Below are positions 37,783 to 46,709 of a stretch of DNA of 64,000 nt, in pieces. A model generated the notes under the pieces. The model had not been told where the DNA came from. It worked only from the letters and a program-made list of their open reading frames with translations, and ran no database searches. How positions within the stretch are numbered: position 1 is the first letter of the stretch; each line of letters starts with the position of its first letter. The translations under genes and the position numbers were made by a program. Source of the DNA: Bdellovibrionales bacterium (lineage in GTDB: Bacteria; Bdellovibrionota; Bdellovibrionia; Bdellovibrionales; UBA1609); NCBI GenBank assembly GCA_965203095.1, contig OZ241877.1, positions 640,001 through 704,000 of the forward strand, given 5' to 3'.

Positions 37783-40700
37783 ATGAGAGAAGAACAAGCA
37801 AGAAAAATAGTTGAAAAAACTTTTGAGCAAGTTTTCGATAAGGGGCGGTTTGTTTATTTCATAAAAAATCTTCTCAACTTCTTTGAGGAAAAAACTTTTA
37901 TTTATAAAGGAAACACTATTCCCAAAGCCTTTCAAGACTCTGTTAGAACTCTTGAGCGGGTAGGGCAATATAAAGATCCGGAAGGGAAAATCATTGATAT
38001 TCTGATCGTCCTTATGAAAAAGGAAAGAGCTTTGCAGTCAGCTCGCTCCCAACAGAGAAACTTTATCTCTTGGTATTTAAAAAGTCGAGGGGACATTTTA
38101 AAAGACGGTGCACTTGTCGCTTTTGTCGCTCCTAATGGGGAGGATTGGCGGTTTTCCTTTGTAAAAATGGAATATAAATTTGATAAGCAAGCAAAAATCA
38201 AAGAGGAATGGACCCCTGCCCGCCGTTATTCTTTTCTTGTGGGAAAAAACGAAGTAAGCCACACGGCCCAAAGTTCTTTTATTTCACTTTTGCAAAATGA
38301 TGAGGAGAATCCCTCTCTTGAGGAGTTAGAACAAGCTTTCTCTGTGGAAAGAGTGACGAAGGAGTTTTTTGAAAAATACCGAGAGCTTTTTCATAAACTA
38401 AAAGACTCTTTAGATAAAGTTATTGAAGGGGACAAAAAAATCAAAACAGATTTTTCGAGCAAGGGGATCCAGTCTGCTGATTTTGCTAAAAAACTTTTAG
38501 GCCAAATTGTGTTTTTGTATTTTCTTCAGAAAAAAGGTTGGTTTGGTGTGGAGAGAGGGAAGGAGTGGGGCACTGGCTCAAAACATTTTTTGCGGGAACT
38601 TTTTAATGCACGATCTCAGTCTTCCCTCAGTCCTTCCTCCGCGAAAGCAGGGATAAAAAATTCAACCTCCAGTCCTTCCCGCGAGAAAGCGAAGGGGGCG
38701 GGAACAGAAACCCAACAATTCTTTAACAACATTTTGGAACCTCTTTTTTACGAAGCCTTAGGCCGGGAGCATGAACAAGATTATTACAGCCGATTTGATT
38801 GCCGGATCCCTTTTTTAAACGGAGGCTTGTTTGAGCCAATCAATGGCTATGATTGGATAGGGACAGACATCTTTTTGCCGGACAGTTTGTTTTCCAACCA
38901 AACCAAAACCAAAGAGGGGGATATTGGGGATGGCATCTTAGATATTTTTGACCGATACAATTTCACAGTGCGGGAAGATGAGCCTTTGGAAAAAGAAGTC
39001 GCCATTGACCCGGAAATGTTAGGCAAAGTATTCGAGAATCTTTTGGAAGTAAGGGACCGTAAATCCAAAGGGACATATTACACCCCAAGGGAGATTGTTC
39101 ATTACATGTGTCAGCAAAGTTTAATCAATTATCTCTTTTCCTCCCTATCCGAAAAGCCTTTCGGCTTGCCCCCGTCAAATTTGCCAGAAAGCCCCCCGGA
39201 CTTTCTGGCTCCCGTGCAAACGAGAATCCAAAAATCCGATATTGAAATTTTTATTAAGATCAGCGACTCTTCTGTTCCGCATGATACCATTTACCAAAAG
39301 CAAAAACTGGAAAAAATACCAAAAGAAAAAAACAAAAACTACAAAGGCAGGTATTCTAAGTCCAAAATGCCAAAAGTGATTGTTGAAAACGCCTCTTTAA
39401 TAGATCAAAAATTAGCAAGTATAAAGATATGCGATCCGGCAGTAGGCTCCGGTGCTTTCCCCGTGGGGATGATGAATGAAGTTGTCCGTGCCCGAACTGC
39501 CCTCACTCCTTTTATAAAAAACCCCTCTGAGTCTGCCCCTCCCGAAAAGCCTTTCGGCTTGCCCCCGGCAAGCCTCAATCCCGCCGAGTTTGCCAAAAAG
39601 TCCCCCAGACTTTCAAGCTCCCGAAAAGCCCGTCTTTCCCGCGAAAGCGGGAACCCAGAATCCAGTCGTTCCCTCCGAGCCAGTCATTCCCTCCGACTCA
39701 GTCATTCCCGTGAAAACGGGAATCCATACCTCCTTGATAAGGGGGGCCAGGGGGGTTCAAGAAGTTCTTACCACTTCAAACGCCATGCGATTGAGCACTC
39801 CTTATATGGTGTGGATATTGATCCAAGTGCTATAGAGATCGCCAAACTCCGGCTTTGGCTTTCCCTCGTAGTGGATGAAGAGGATCGGGAAACAGTCCAA
39901 CCTCTTCCTAACTTAGATTACAAAATGCTTTGTGGCCATTCACTCTTAGGGGTGGAAAAAGAAGATTTTTCTGGCACTCCTGACATGTTTTATAAAAAAG
40001 ATATGGAAGAATTTAAACAAAAGAAAAGTCTTTATTTTAACGAAACCCGTCATAAACAAAAACAACAATACAAACAGGAAATTGAGCAGTTTATAGATAA
40101 GATCACAAAGGGCAAAAAAATCTTTGATTTTGAAGTCTACTTCTCTGAAGTTTTTCATGAAAAAGGGGGCTTTGATGTCGTCATCGCCAACCCTCCTTAT
40201 ATTGAGCACAAAAAACTCAAAGGGATCAGCAATCAACTAAAATCTTATCAAACATATTCAGGCACTGCTGATTTGTATGTTTATTTTTATGAAATCGCAT
40301 TAAATATCTTAAGAAAAAATGGAGTTCTAACTTATATATCATCAAATAAATTTATTAAGGCAAGATATGGGGTTAATTTAAGGTCATTGCTTTCTAAACA
40401 TAGGATATATAATATAGTTGATTTTACAAACATACATATTTTTAATGCTCTTGTAGCCAGTTGCATTTTGATTATTTCAAAGTCTAAAGCTAAAGAGGAT
40501 GTAGTTGCCTCGTTTCCAGATGAGACTTTTGTAGGTGATCTGTCAAAATTTATTTATGCACATAATATAAAAATTCCTGCTTCGACTTTAGGTGATGATA
40601 TTTGGCATCTTACAGATAAAACTCAAATAGAATTAAAAAATAAAATCAAAGAGAACACTAAAAAACTGGGAGCTATTTCAGGTGTAAAAATTTTTAGAGG

Positions 40701-41436
40701 GGTCACAACTGGCTATAATCCTGCATTTATTATTGATGAAGATACCAGAAAAAACCTTATCAAATTAGATAAATCTAACAAAGACATAATAAAGCCTCTT
40801 TTACAAGGACGAAACATAAAAGAATGGACATTTAAAAAAAGTGCATCCTACCTTTTGCTCACAGATTATGATATTGACATTTCAAAAAAATACCCTTTCA
40901 TTTTTCAACATCTTGAAAAGTTCAAAAAGTTTTTAATCAGAAGAGCTGATCAAGGAAGGAAATGGTGGAATTTACGGGCTTGTAAATATTATAATAAATT
41001 TGAACAGAAAAAAATTATATGGGGATTAACTGCCAATGAATGGGCTTTTACTTGGGACGAAAAAGGACATTTTTTGCCAAGCAATGGCTATATTTTAACT
41101 TCCGAAGAGCTTCATTTGAAATATATCTTGGCTCTAATGAATAGCAAACTAATGAAGTTTTATTTTTCATTTATAGGTATTATGACAGCTGGCGGAGCAT
41201 TCACTCTAAAACACGAAACTATTTATAATTTTCCTATAAAAATCGTTCAAAATAAAAACCAAAAACCATTGATTGATCTCGTGGATAAAATCCTCAATAT
41301 TACAAAAGCAAAGGATTATTTAAAAAACCCCACAAAGCAAGCCAAAGTCCAACAATACGAAAAACAAATTGACCAACTAATTTATAAACTTTACAATCTC
41401 ACTCCTTCCGAAATAAAAATTATAGAGGACTTTTAA
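37783..41436 (+). CDS. type IIG (Eco57I-like) restriction-modification enzyme carrying in-frame palindromic insertions
   Basis: FLYFLQKKGW, PFLNGGLFE, DPEMLGKVFENLL, GTYYTPREIV, DPAVGSGAF, NPPY, TaqI_C-like TRD. Start MREEQ. Confidence 0.88.
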   Translation: MREEQARKIVEKTFEQVFDKGRFVYFIKNLLNFFEEKTFIYKGNTIPKAFQDSVRTLERVGQYKDPEGKIIDILIVLMKKERALQSARSQQRNFISWYLKSRGDILKDGALVAFVAPNGEDWRFSFVKMEYKFDKQAKIKEEWTPARRYSFLVGKNEVSHTAQSSFISLLQNDEENPSLEELEQAFSVERVTKEFFEKYRELFHKLKDSLDKVIEGDKKIKTDFSSKGIQSADFAKKLLGQIVFLYFLQKKGWFGVERGKEWGTGSKHFLRELFNARSQSSLSPSSAKAGIKNSTSSPSREKAKGAGTETQQFFNNILEPLFYEALGREHEQDYYSRFDCRIPFLNGGLFEPINGYDWIGTDIFLPDSLFSNQTKTKEGDIGDGILDIFDRYNFTVREDEPLEKEVAIDPEMLGKVFENLLEVRDRKSKGTYYTPREIVHYMCQQSLINYLFSSLSEKPFGLPPSNLPESPPDFLAPVQTRIQKSDIEIFIKISDSSVPHDTIYQKQKLEKIPKEKNKNYKGRYSKSKMPKVIVENASLIDQKLASIKICDPAVGSGAFPVGMMNEVVRARTALTPFIKNPSESAPPEKPFGLPPASLNPAEFAKKSPRLSSSRKARLSRESGNPESSRSLRASHSLRLSHSRENGNPYLLDKGGQGGSRSSYHFKRHAIEHSLYGVDIDPSAIEIAKLRLWLSLVVDEEDRETVQPLPNLDYKMLCGHSLLGVEKEDFSGTPDMFYKKDMEEFKQKKSLYFNETRHKQKQQYKQEIEQFIDKITKGKKIFDFEVYFSEVFHEKGGFDVVIANPPYIEHKKLKGISNQLKSYQTYSGTADLYVYFYEIALNILRKNGVLTYISSNKFIKARYGVNLRSLLSKHRIYNIVDFTNIHIFNALVASCILIISKSKAKEDVVASFPDETFVGDLSKFIYAHNIKIPASTLGDDIWHLTDKTQIELKNKIKENTKKLGAISGVKIFRGVTTGYNPAFIIDEDTRKNLIKLDKSNKDIIKPLLQGRNIKEWTFKKSASYLLLTDYDIDISKKYPFIFQHLEKFKKFLIRRADQGRKWWNLRACKYYNKFEQKKIIWGLTANEWAFTWDEKGHFLPSNGYILTSEELHLKYILALMNSKLMKFYFSFIGIMTAGGAFTLKHETIYNFPIKIVQNKNQKPLIDLVDKILNITKAKDYLKNPTKQAKVQQYEKQIDQLIYKLYNLTPSEIKIIEDF

Positions 41437-42570
41437 ATGTTGGGAATTATTGATTTTCTTCAAGATCTTGTCACAATACTATCCCTTGTAGCTTCCATTG
41501 TTGCTCTTTTTGTAGCTTGGCTGGCTTATCAATTACAAAAAAAATCAGACAAAGATTTAAAGCGAATTGAAGACAATATCAATATTTTGAAAGCAGAAGG
41601 ACAAAAAATTCAAAAAAATGTTGAACAAATAAAAAAGACTTCTTCTGAAATGCAGGAATATGTTAAACAAATAAATAAGATTTCTTCTAAAATGCAGGAA
41701 AATGTTAACAAATCTTATTTTCAAATAGAAAGAACAACTGCACTCAATAAATATCCTTACGGGGAGGAATTTAAAAAAATTAACGACGCCTATCTGCCTT
41801 TTATATTTTCCTTATTTGATCCTTATGAAGAACCCATTATTGGCATACAAATCAATCCAGGCAATCCACAAGAGGATTTAAGATATAAGATAGAAGTAGT
41901 TAAAGATGAGATAAATATACCAAAAAAGAAAAGGGTTTTATATTCAAATTTTTATATTATTAAAATTTTAGCTCCTGCTTCCTCAGAATATTTGACAGAA
42001 GAGGATTTACAAAAATATAAAAACAGCCCGATAAAAGAAGGCGAATATTACGGTTGTAAATTTGATCAGATGCAATGTTCCTGGATTCTAAGTCAAAGAC
42101 TAACTATCGGCTCAAAAGAAAAAGACGGATTTTTCAAATTTTATCCCTTTGGTTCTATATCCGAGTTTGAAGTTATCCAATCCGCAAATGAGATTATGGG
42201 CTACAATCAAAACGAATATCCTGATAGTGAATATACTCTCATTAATCAGTTTATAGTAGATGAGACTGGAAGTTTTTTTAGATTATTTAAAAAAGAGAAT
42301 CAGGTTTTCTTTACTATCCATGATTCCCCTTTAAAAGAGATCTATATTCTTAAAACTTGGATTCGTGCTCAAAGTAAATATTTTCTTGTTTTTGAAAATC
42401 TAAGAGGATATATAAAAAATAAGAACTTTGTAGAAAATCTAAAAAACACAGTCCTTAAAATAATAGAATCAGATAAACTCCTTAAGCCTATGGATATATC
42501 AAGCTATAGAAAAAATTATCACATAAAAATTCCATTAGAGAATCATAAAAACCAACCTAAGCCCCCTTGA
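41437..42570 (+). CDS. hypothetical protein with N-terminal TM helix and coiled coil (paralog of 53226-54443)
   Basis: 377-aa ORF abutting the R-M stop codon; long near-identical stretches shared with the second copy. Confidence 0.75.
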   Translation: MLGIIDFLQDLVTILSLVASIVALFVAWLAYQLQKKSDKDLKRIEDNINILKAEGQKIQKNVEQIKKTSSEMQEYVKQINKISSKMQENVNKSYFQIERTTALNKYPYGEEFKKINDAYLPFIFSLFDPYEEPIIGIQINPGNPQEDLRYKIEVVKDEINIPKKKRVLYSNFYIIKILAPASSEYLTEEDLQKYKNSPIKEGEYYGCKFDQMQCSWILSQRLTIGSKEKDGFFKFYPFGSISEFEVIQSANEIMGYNQNEYPDSEYTLINQFIVDETGSFFRLFKKENQVFFTIHDSPLKEIYILKTWIRAQSKYFLVFENLRGYIKNKNFVENLKNTVLKIIESDKLLKPMDISSYRKNYHIKIPLENHKNQPKPP

Positions 42571-42596
42571 ACAAAAATAATCATGTAGATTTTTTA

Positions 42597-43541
42597 TTAA
42601 AACTTTTTTGAATATTTTGATATTCTTTTTAAAATTTTCTCAAAAGGAATCTGCCCTTTATAATATAAACTTTTTTGTTTTATATATCCTCTTTCAAATA
42701 GTTCTTTTTCTTTTGTATTTTTTAGAGAAAAGGCAAGATGACTTTTGACAACAGCACTTAAGCTTTTCATTCTTTCTTTTTTGTAAGATTCATAAGGTTT
42801 TGTCCCTATAAAATTTTGAATTTTTATCTCTCCAAGAAGACAGTATAAATCGTAATAATGTCTTAGAAAATTCTCTGAAATTTTATTTGTATCCCGATAT
42901 TTTTTATACTTTCGAACAACTGCATCTAACTTTTCAATAAATGTATATTCAGGATTATAACAAACAATCCTCTTAGCTCTATTATCTTTTATAGATTTTA
43001 AACTGACCCGATCAAATATCCATGAGGAAATATCCTTATTTGTGTTAGGAGTGATTTTATCAAATCCAAGCTCTAATAAAATACCTTCTTTTATGTCGGA
43101 CAATGGGGAAAACAGGCTTTTATAATATAGTCGGATTCCCGCATTTTTATACTTAGAATCATCAAAATCTGTATCTCTTTTTACTTCTTCAATTCCATTG
43201 ATTTTTCCTTCCAGTTGATCTCGTATCCAGTCAAAATACTTTTTTCTGGATTCTATATGCTTATCTTTATTATGATTTTTTCCAAAATAAACTTGAAATT
43301 TTAATTGGCCAGCAGGAGGGATTATTTGCAGATCAATATCTTCAGAAAATCTGTCAATTATTTTAAATCCTTTGGATAAGGAAGTTCCTCCTTTCATTTG
43401 AAATTCAAACAAATTATTCAAATGGTATAATGTATTCATAATCCAGTAGTCTTTTTCAACCAATGAAACATTTATTCCTAAGTCATCGGAGACGCCTTCT
43501 GTTATATCTCTAAAATGAGGATGGTTATGTAAATAAGTCAA
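42597..43541 (-). CDS. AbiEii family nucleotidyltransferase toxin (type IV TA)
   Basis: VEKDYW, KGGTSLSKGF.IIDRFSEDIDL, TFIEKL, RHYYDLY. Confidence 0.9.
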   Translation of the reverse strand: MTYLHNHPHFRDITEGVSDDLGINVSLVEKDYWIMNTLYHLNNLFEFQMKGGTSLSKGFKIIDRFSEDIDLQIIPPAGQLKFQVYFGKNHNKDKHIESRKKYFDWIRDQLEGKINGIEEVKRDTDFDDSKYKNAGIRLYYKSLFSPLSDIKEGILLELGFDKITPNTNKDISSWIFDRVSLKSIKDNRAKRIVCYNPEYTFIEKLDAVVRKYKKYRDTNKISENFLRHYYDLYCLLGEIKIQNFIGTKPYESYKKERMKSLSAVVKSHLAFSLKNTKEKELFERGYIKQKSLYYKGQIPFEKILKRISKYSKKF

Positions 43542-43551
43542 TGTAAAATAG

Positions 43552-44127
43552 TCATCCTGTTAAAATGATTTGAAGTTTCTTTTTTGTTGATTCTTTGCCA
43601 TAATTATTGACGGTCTGAAGGAGTTTTTTTTGGTTTAATTTTTTGAGCTGTTTTTTTAGTAAATTCATATTCTTTAGCTTGTCCTCTGCCAAACGATCAA
43701 ATCGGTTTAAAAATTCAACATATAAAAATTCTTTTGAGAGTTTTTTTGGTGCTGATCTCCACCTGTAAAAATGATAAAGCCTTCCTTTAAATTGAAAAAC
43801 ACCATGTCTTTTTCGGTTAAAAACAACTCTCTTGTTATGGAGTTGTGTCAGCCCTAATCCCAACCCATTAAACAAGCTTAAATCATAAACTACAAATTTA
43901 TCATCTTTTAAAAAAGTTCTAAGCAGTTGGTTCTCTTCAGGAAAAGCTGTTCCCAAAGGAGTTTTCTCAGGACACATATAAAGGCCATTTTGTATTTTTA
44001 CCAGTGCTTTTTGAGAAACCAGTTTTTTTAAATAACGATCGGCATTAGAGGATAATCGCGTAAAATCACCTCTCCGATAAACAAACCGTGGTTTCAGCTT
44101 TTTTTTCATTTGCTTAAGAACAGTCAT
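43552..44127 (-). CDS. AbiEi-like antitoxin / transcriptional regulator
   Basis: wHTH-like VYRR...LVKIQNGLY, NGLGLGLTQL; immediately upstream of AbiEii. Confidence 0.75.
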   Translation of the reverse strand: MTVLKQMKKKLKPRFVYRRGDFTRLSSNADRYLKKLVSQKALVKIQNGLYMCPEKTPLGTAFPEENQLLRTFLKDDKFVVYDLSLFNGLGLGLTQLHNKRVVFNRKRHGVFQFKGRLYHFYRWRSAPKKLSKEFLYVEFLNRFDRLAEDKLKNMNLLKKQLKKLNQKKLLQTVNNYGKESTKKKLQIILTG

Positions 44128-44204
44128 ATTTTATATATTGGCTTTTCTCTCTTAAATTGTCAACTATTTTATTAAAAATCTATGTAATTTTTTAAACAAC
44201 CAAT

Positions 44205-44318
44205 AAAAAACTCTGCCAAACAAGCTAAAATCCGAGAATACAAAAAACAAATTGACAAGCTGGTTTATAAACTTTACAATCTCACCCCCTACTGAAATAA
44301 AAATCATAGAAAAGTCTA
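44205..44318 (+). pseudogene. degenerate copy of the 3' end of the type IIG R-M gene
   Basis: Translates KNSAKQAKIREYKKQIDKLVYKLYNLTP(+1 frameshift)TEIKIIE versus KNPTKQAKVQQYEKQIDQLIYKLYNLTPSEIKIIE at 41323-41436. Confidence 0.8.
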
Positions 44319-44335
44319 AAAATAAAAAATCTATG

Positions 44336-44490
44336 CAATCGCTCGTGAAAAAGCAATTTTTTCTGTTCAGCTTGGCTACCGCGAACCTTGCCAGAAAGCC
44401 CCCCGGCTTTCTGGCTCCCGCGAAAGCCCGTCATTCCCGTGAAAACGGGAATCCAGAAAAGTTTGTCCTTCCGCAAAGCTTATTAAAAAC
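44336..44490. repeat. composite palindromic repeat element
   Basis: GCCAGAAAGCC..GGCTTTCTGGC hairpin plus GTCATTCCCGTGAAAACGGGAATCCA core; same parts as the insertions in the R-M gene. Confidence 0.75.
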
Positions 44491-44551
44491 CTAATAATAT
44501 TTTAAAAGAAAGGCTTGACATAGCTTGCATGGTGGCTTTAAACTGCTTTTA

Positions 44552-45686
44552 TACTGGTCTTGTTTGAATTTTCAGGTTTCGATGACATGAAAATTATCAG
44601 TAATAAGCATGGACAATTCAGCCCTGTATTTTCTAACACCTCTTAAAAACAGCATCAACTCTTTACGAAAAGTTTTAAGATCTGAAAAATACACATTAGC
44701 CATTGTCTTCTTCTTTACAAATTTCCAAAACCTCTCAATAGGATTCAAATTAGGAGAAAATGGAGGCAAATACAGCAAAGTAATATCCAAACTTTTCGCT
44801 AAATCCCTCACCTGAAAGGCCCTGTTATATGGTGCATTGTCTAAAACCAAATACAACCTTTTATCCCTCATAGGCTGTCTCGCCCTCACAGCTCGCAATA
44901 ACTCCTGCATTGAATTTTTATTAACCCTCTCACAGCTTCTACTGACAAAATCTAAACTATTTATCTCTATCGCACCATTTATATTCACCCGCTCACGACC
45001 TGAATTAGTTTTAACCTTAAACTCCACCCCCTTCTTAATCCAACCCGATGATATTACAGGATTGAGCATAGGATGAGTTGAATCCGCAAAATACACTAAA
45101 TCACCTCTCTTTTTTATCCTGCGATATCTTTGAATAAACACCTTCTGCTTCTCAATATCAGCCTTCCCAGGCACACCCTTTGGCTTCTTATATGAAAAAT
45201 CTAACTTGTGAAGTAAAGCCGTCATTCCATTCACAGTATAAACAACCCCAAATGTCTTTTGAACATATAAAACAACTGCCTTTGTTGTGGGATATACCTT
45301 TGACTCCAACTCCAAAACCAGTTTCTTCCGTTGTTCCTCAGATAAATACGACATGCGACCTCTATGATCGTCATAAACCAACCTCGACAAACCTCCTTCT
45401 TCATAACGCCTTTTGCAGTTTCTGATAGTTCCTTCATCAAAAAATAAAAATCTCGCAATATCGGTGACAGACTCTCCACTATCCAGCAACAAAATAACCC
45501 GGATACGATCCGCTCGCCTACGATTCCTTTCCAAACGAAGAAAAGTTAAAAGCTCTGCTTTTTGCTTGCCAGTTAAAAATGAGTTCATAGAAACATATTA
45601 TAGAACATCCAAAAGATTTGGAAAACTCATAATGCCAAAAACTAAACCTTTATCAAAAAAACTTGATTTTTTAAATCAAACCAGTA
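44552..45686 (-). mobile_element. IS630 family insertion sequence
   Basis: Ends TA|TACTGGTCTTG and CAAACCAGTA|TA are inverted repeats with flanking TA duplication; encodes an intact transposase. Confidence 0.9.
44572..45588 (-). CDS. IS630 family DDE transposase
   Basis: HTH and winged HTH, YFADS, LVLDNAPYN, YLPPFSPNLNPIERFW. Confidence 0.95.
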   Translation of the reverse strand: MNSFLTGKQKAELLTFLRLERNRRRADRIRVILLLDSGESVTDIARFLFFDEGTIRNCKRRYEEGGLSRLVYDDHRGRMSYLSEEQRKKLVLELESKVYPTTKAVVLYVQKTFGVVYTVNGMTALLHKLDFSYKKPKGVPGKADIEKQKVFIQRYRRIKKRGDLVYFADSTHPMLNPVISSGWIKKGVEFKVKTNSGRERVNINGAIEINSLDFVSRSCERVNKNSMQELLRAVRARQPMRDKRLYLVLDNAPYNRAFQVRDLAKSLDITLLYLPPFSPNLNPIERFWKFVKKKTMANVYFSDLKTFRKELMLFLRGVRKYRAELSMLITDNFHVIET

Positions 45687-45690
45687 TAAT
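45663..45690 (+). promoter_or_regulatory. hybrid outward sigma70 promoter at the IS630 end
   Basis: TTGATT-16 bp-TATAAT; the -10 box spans the IS end/TA junction; AGGAGG RBS at 45701. Confidence 0.55.
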
Positions 45691-45713
45691 TTTCACTTTT
45701 AGGAGGTCAATCC

Positions 45714-46697
45714 ATGATTAAAGCTCAAATCGATCAGTTTGGAGGCTCAACAAGCTTTAAAAAATCAAATCAGAGTAGACAAATGAACAATATAGAAACC
45801 AAAAATAAGAATATAGAAGCTTTAAACTTATCAAGTGAAATTTTAAAGAATATCGAGCTATCAGAGATTTCTCTTGAAAAAATATGTTTAAAGTGCATTA
45901 GCCTGGCGAGATTATGTGGAGATAGTGATCATGAACTGGCTTTTAAACTGGAAGTTTTAGGTTATGGAAATGTCACTAATGGCATTCCTCCTCACATATT
46001 TAAAATTGCAGAAATAGCCAATCGAGTGACAGAGGATGATAAAGGTCAAAAAAGTTGTTTTACACTTTCAATATCTAAGCTTGAAATTATACAAAAAGCA
46101 GGACACAAAGAATTAGAAAAAATTGTTGATCCAAATTCTACAACACCTAACAGCATATTGGAAAGCAATGTTTTTTCAAAAGAGATTATAAAAATGAGCA
46201 ATTGGCTTCCACAGAGAGTAGAGTTTATATATTCTTATGTGAGTGAAAAATTTTATAAATTAAGTTTTGAAAAAGAGCTGTATTTTGTTTTAGGCAATTT
46301 AGCTGAATCTATTAAAAACACTGTCTCTGACATAATTCCAGAAGGTAGCAAAAAAATAATATCCGTTCTTGAAAACTTAAAAAGCAACAATTCTCAAGAT
46401 TGGAAAAATGTTTTAGTGACTTGCAGAAATCTATTAAAGGAAACAGCAGAAACTTTAAAACCAAAATCCAACAATAAGAAATACTATGATACCCTCAAAA
46501 GTATTGTAAAAGACAGTTCCTTATCACAAACAGATAAATCCCTTTTAGAGCAAGATATAACAGTTCTGATAGACCCATTGAATGAGGGAGCACATGATCG
46601 CCCTGTATCCAGGAAAAACGCTGAAGAGTTATTTATTCGTGTTTGCTTGTTTTTATCTAAGATAATTGAACTCAATCAGAAAAAACAAGAAAGGTAA
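45714..46697 (+). CDS. AbiTii-like N-terminal domain plus HEPN-like C-terminal domain protein
   Basis: ICLKCISLARLCGD...KLEVLGY (AbiTii-like); TCRNLLKE...NEGAH...AEELF (HEPN/Abi_C-like). Confidence 0.55.
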   Translation: MIKAQIDQFGGSTSFKKSNQSRQMNNIETKNKNIEALNLSSEILKNIELSEISLEKICLKCISLARLCGDSDHELAFKLEVLGYGNVTNGIPPHIFKIAEIANRVTEDDKGQKSCFTLSISKLEIIQKAGHKELEKIVDPNSTTPNSILESNVFSKEIIKMSNWLPQRVEFIYSYVSEKFYKLSFEKELYFVLGNLAESIKNTVSDIIPEGSKKIISVLENLKSNNSQDWKNVLVTCRNLLKETAETLKPKSNNKKYYDTLKSIVKDSSLSQTDKSLLEQDITVLIDPLNEGAHDRPVSRKNAEELFIRVCLFLSKIIELNQKKQER

Positions 46698-46709
46698 AAA
46701 AATGCCACT

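Noticed and set aside
39524..39760. Intein in the R-M gene
   Set aside because: No C/S...HN-C/S/T splice motifs; the insert is made of DNA palindromic repeats.
44252..44494. ORFs 44252-44494 (+), 44282-44476 (-), 39590-39835 (+), 50464-50655 (-), 60974-61165 (+)
   Set aside because: These are alternative-frame translations of the palindromic repeats or of the R-M tail remnant.
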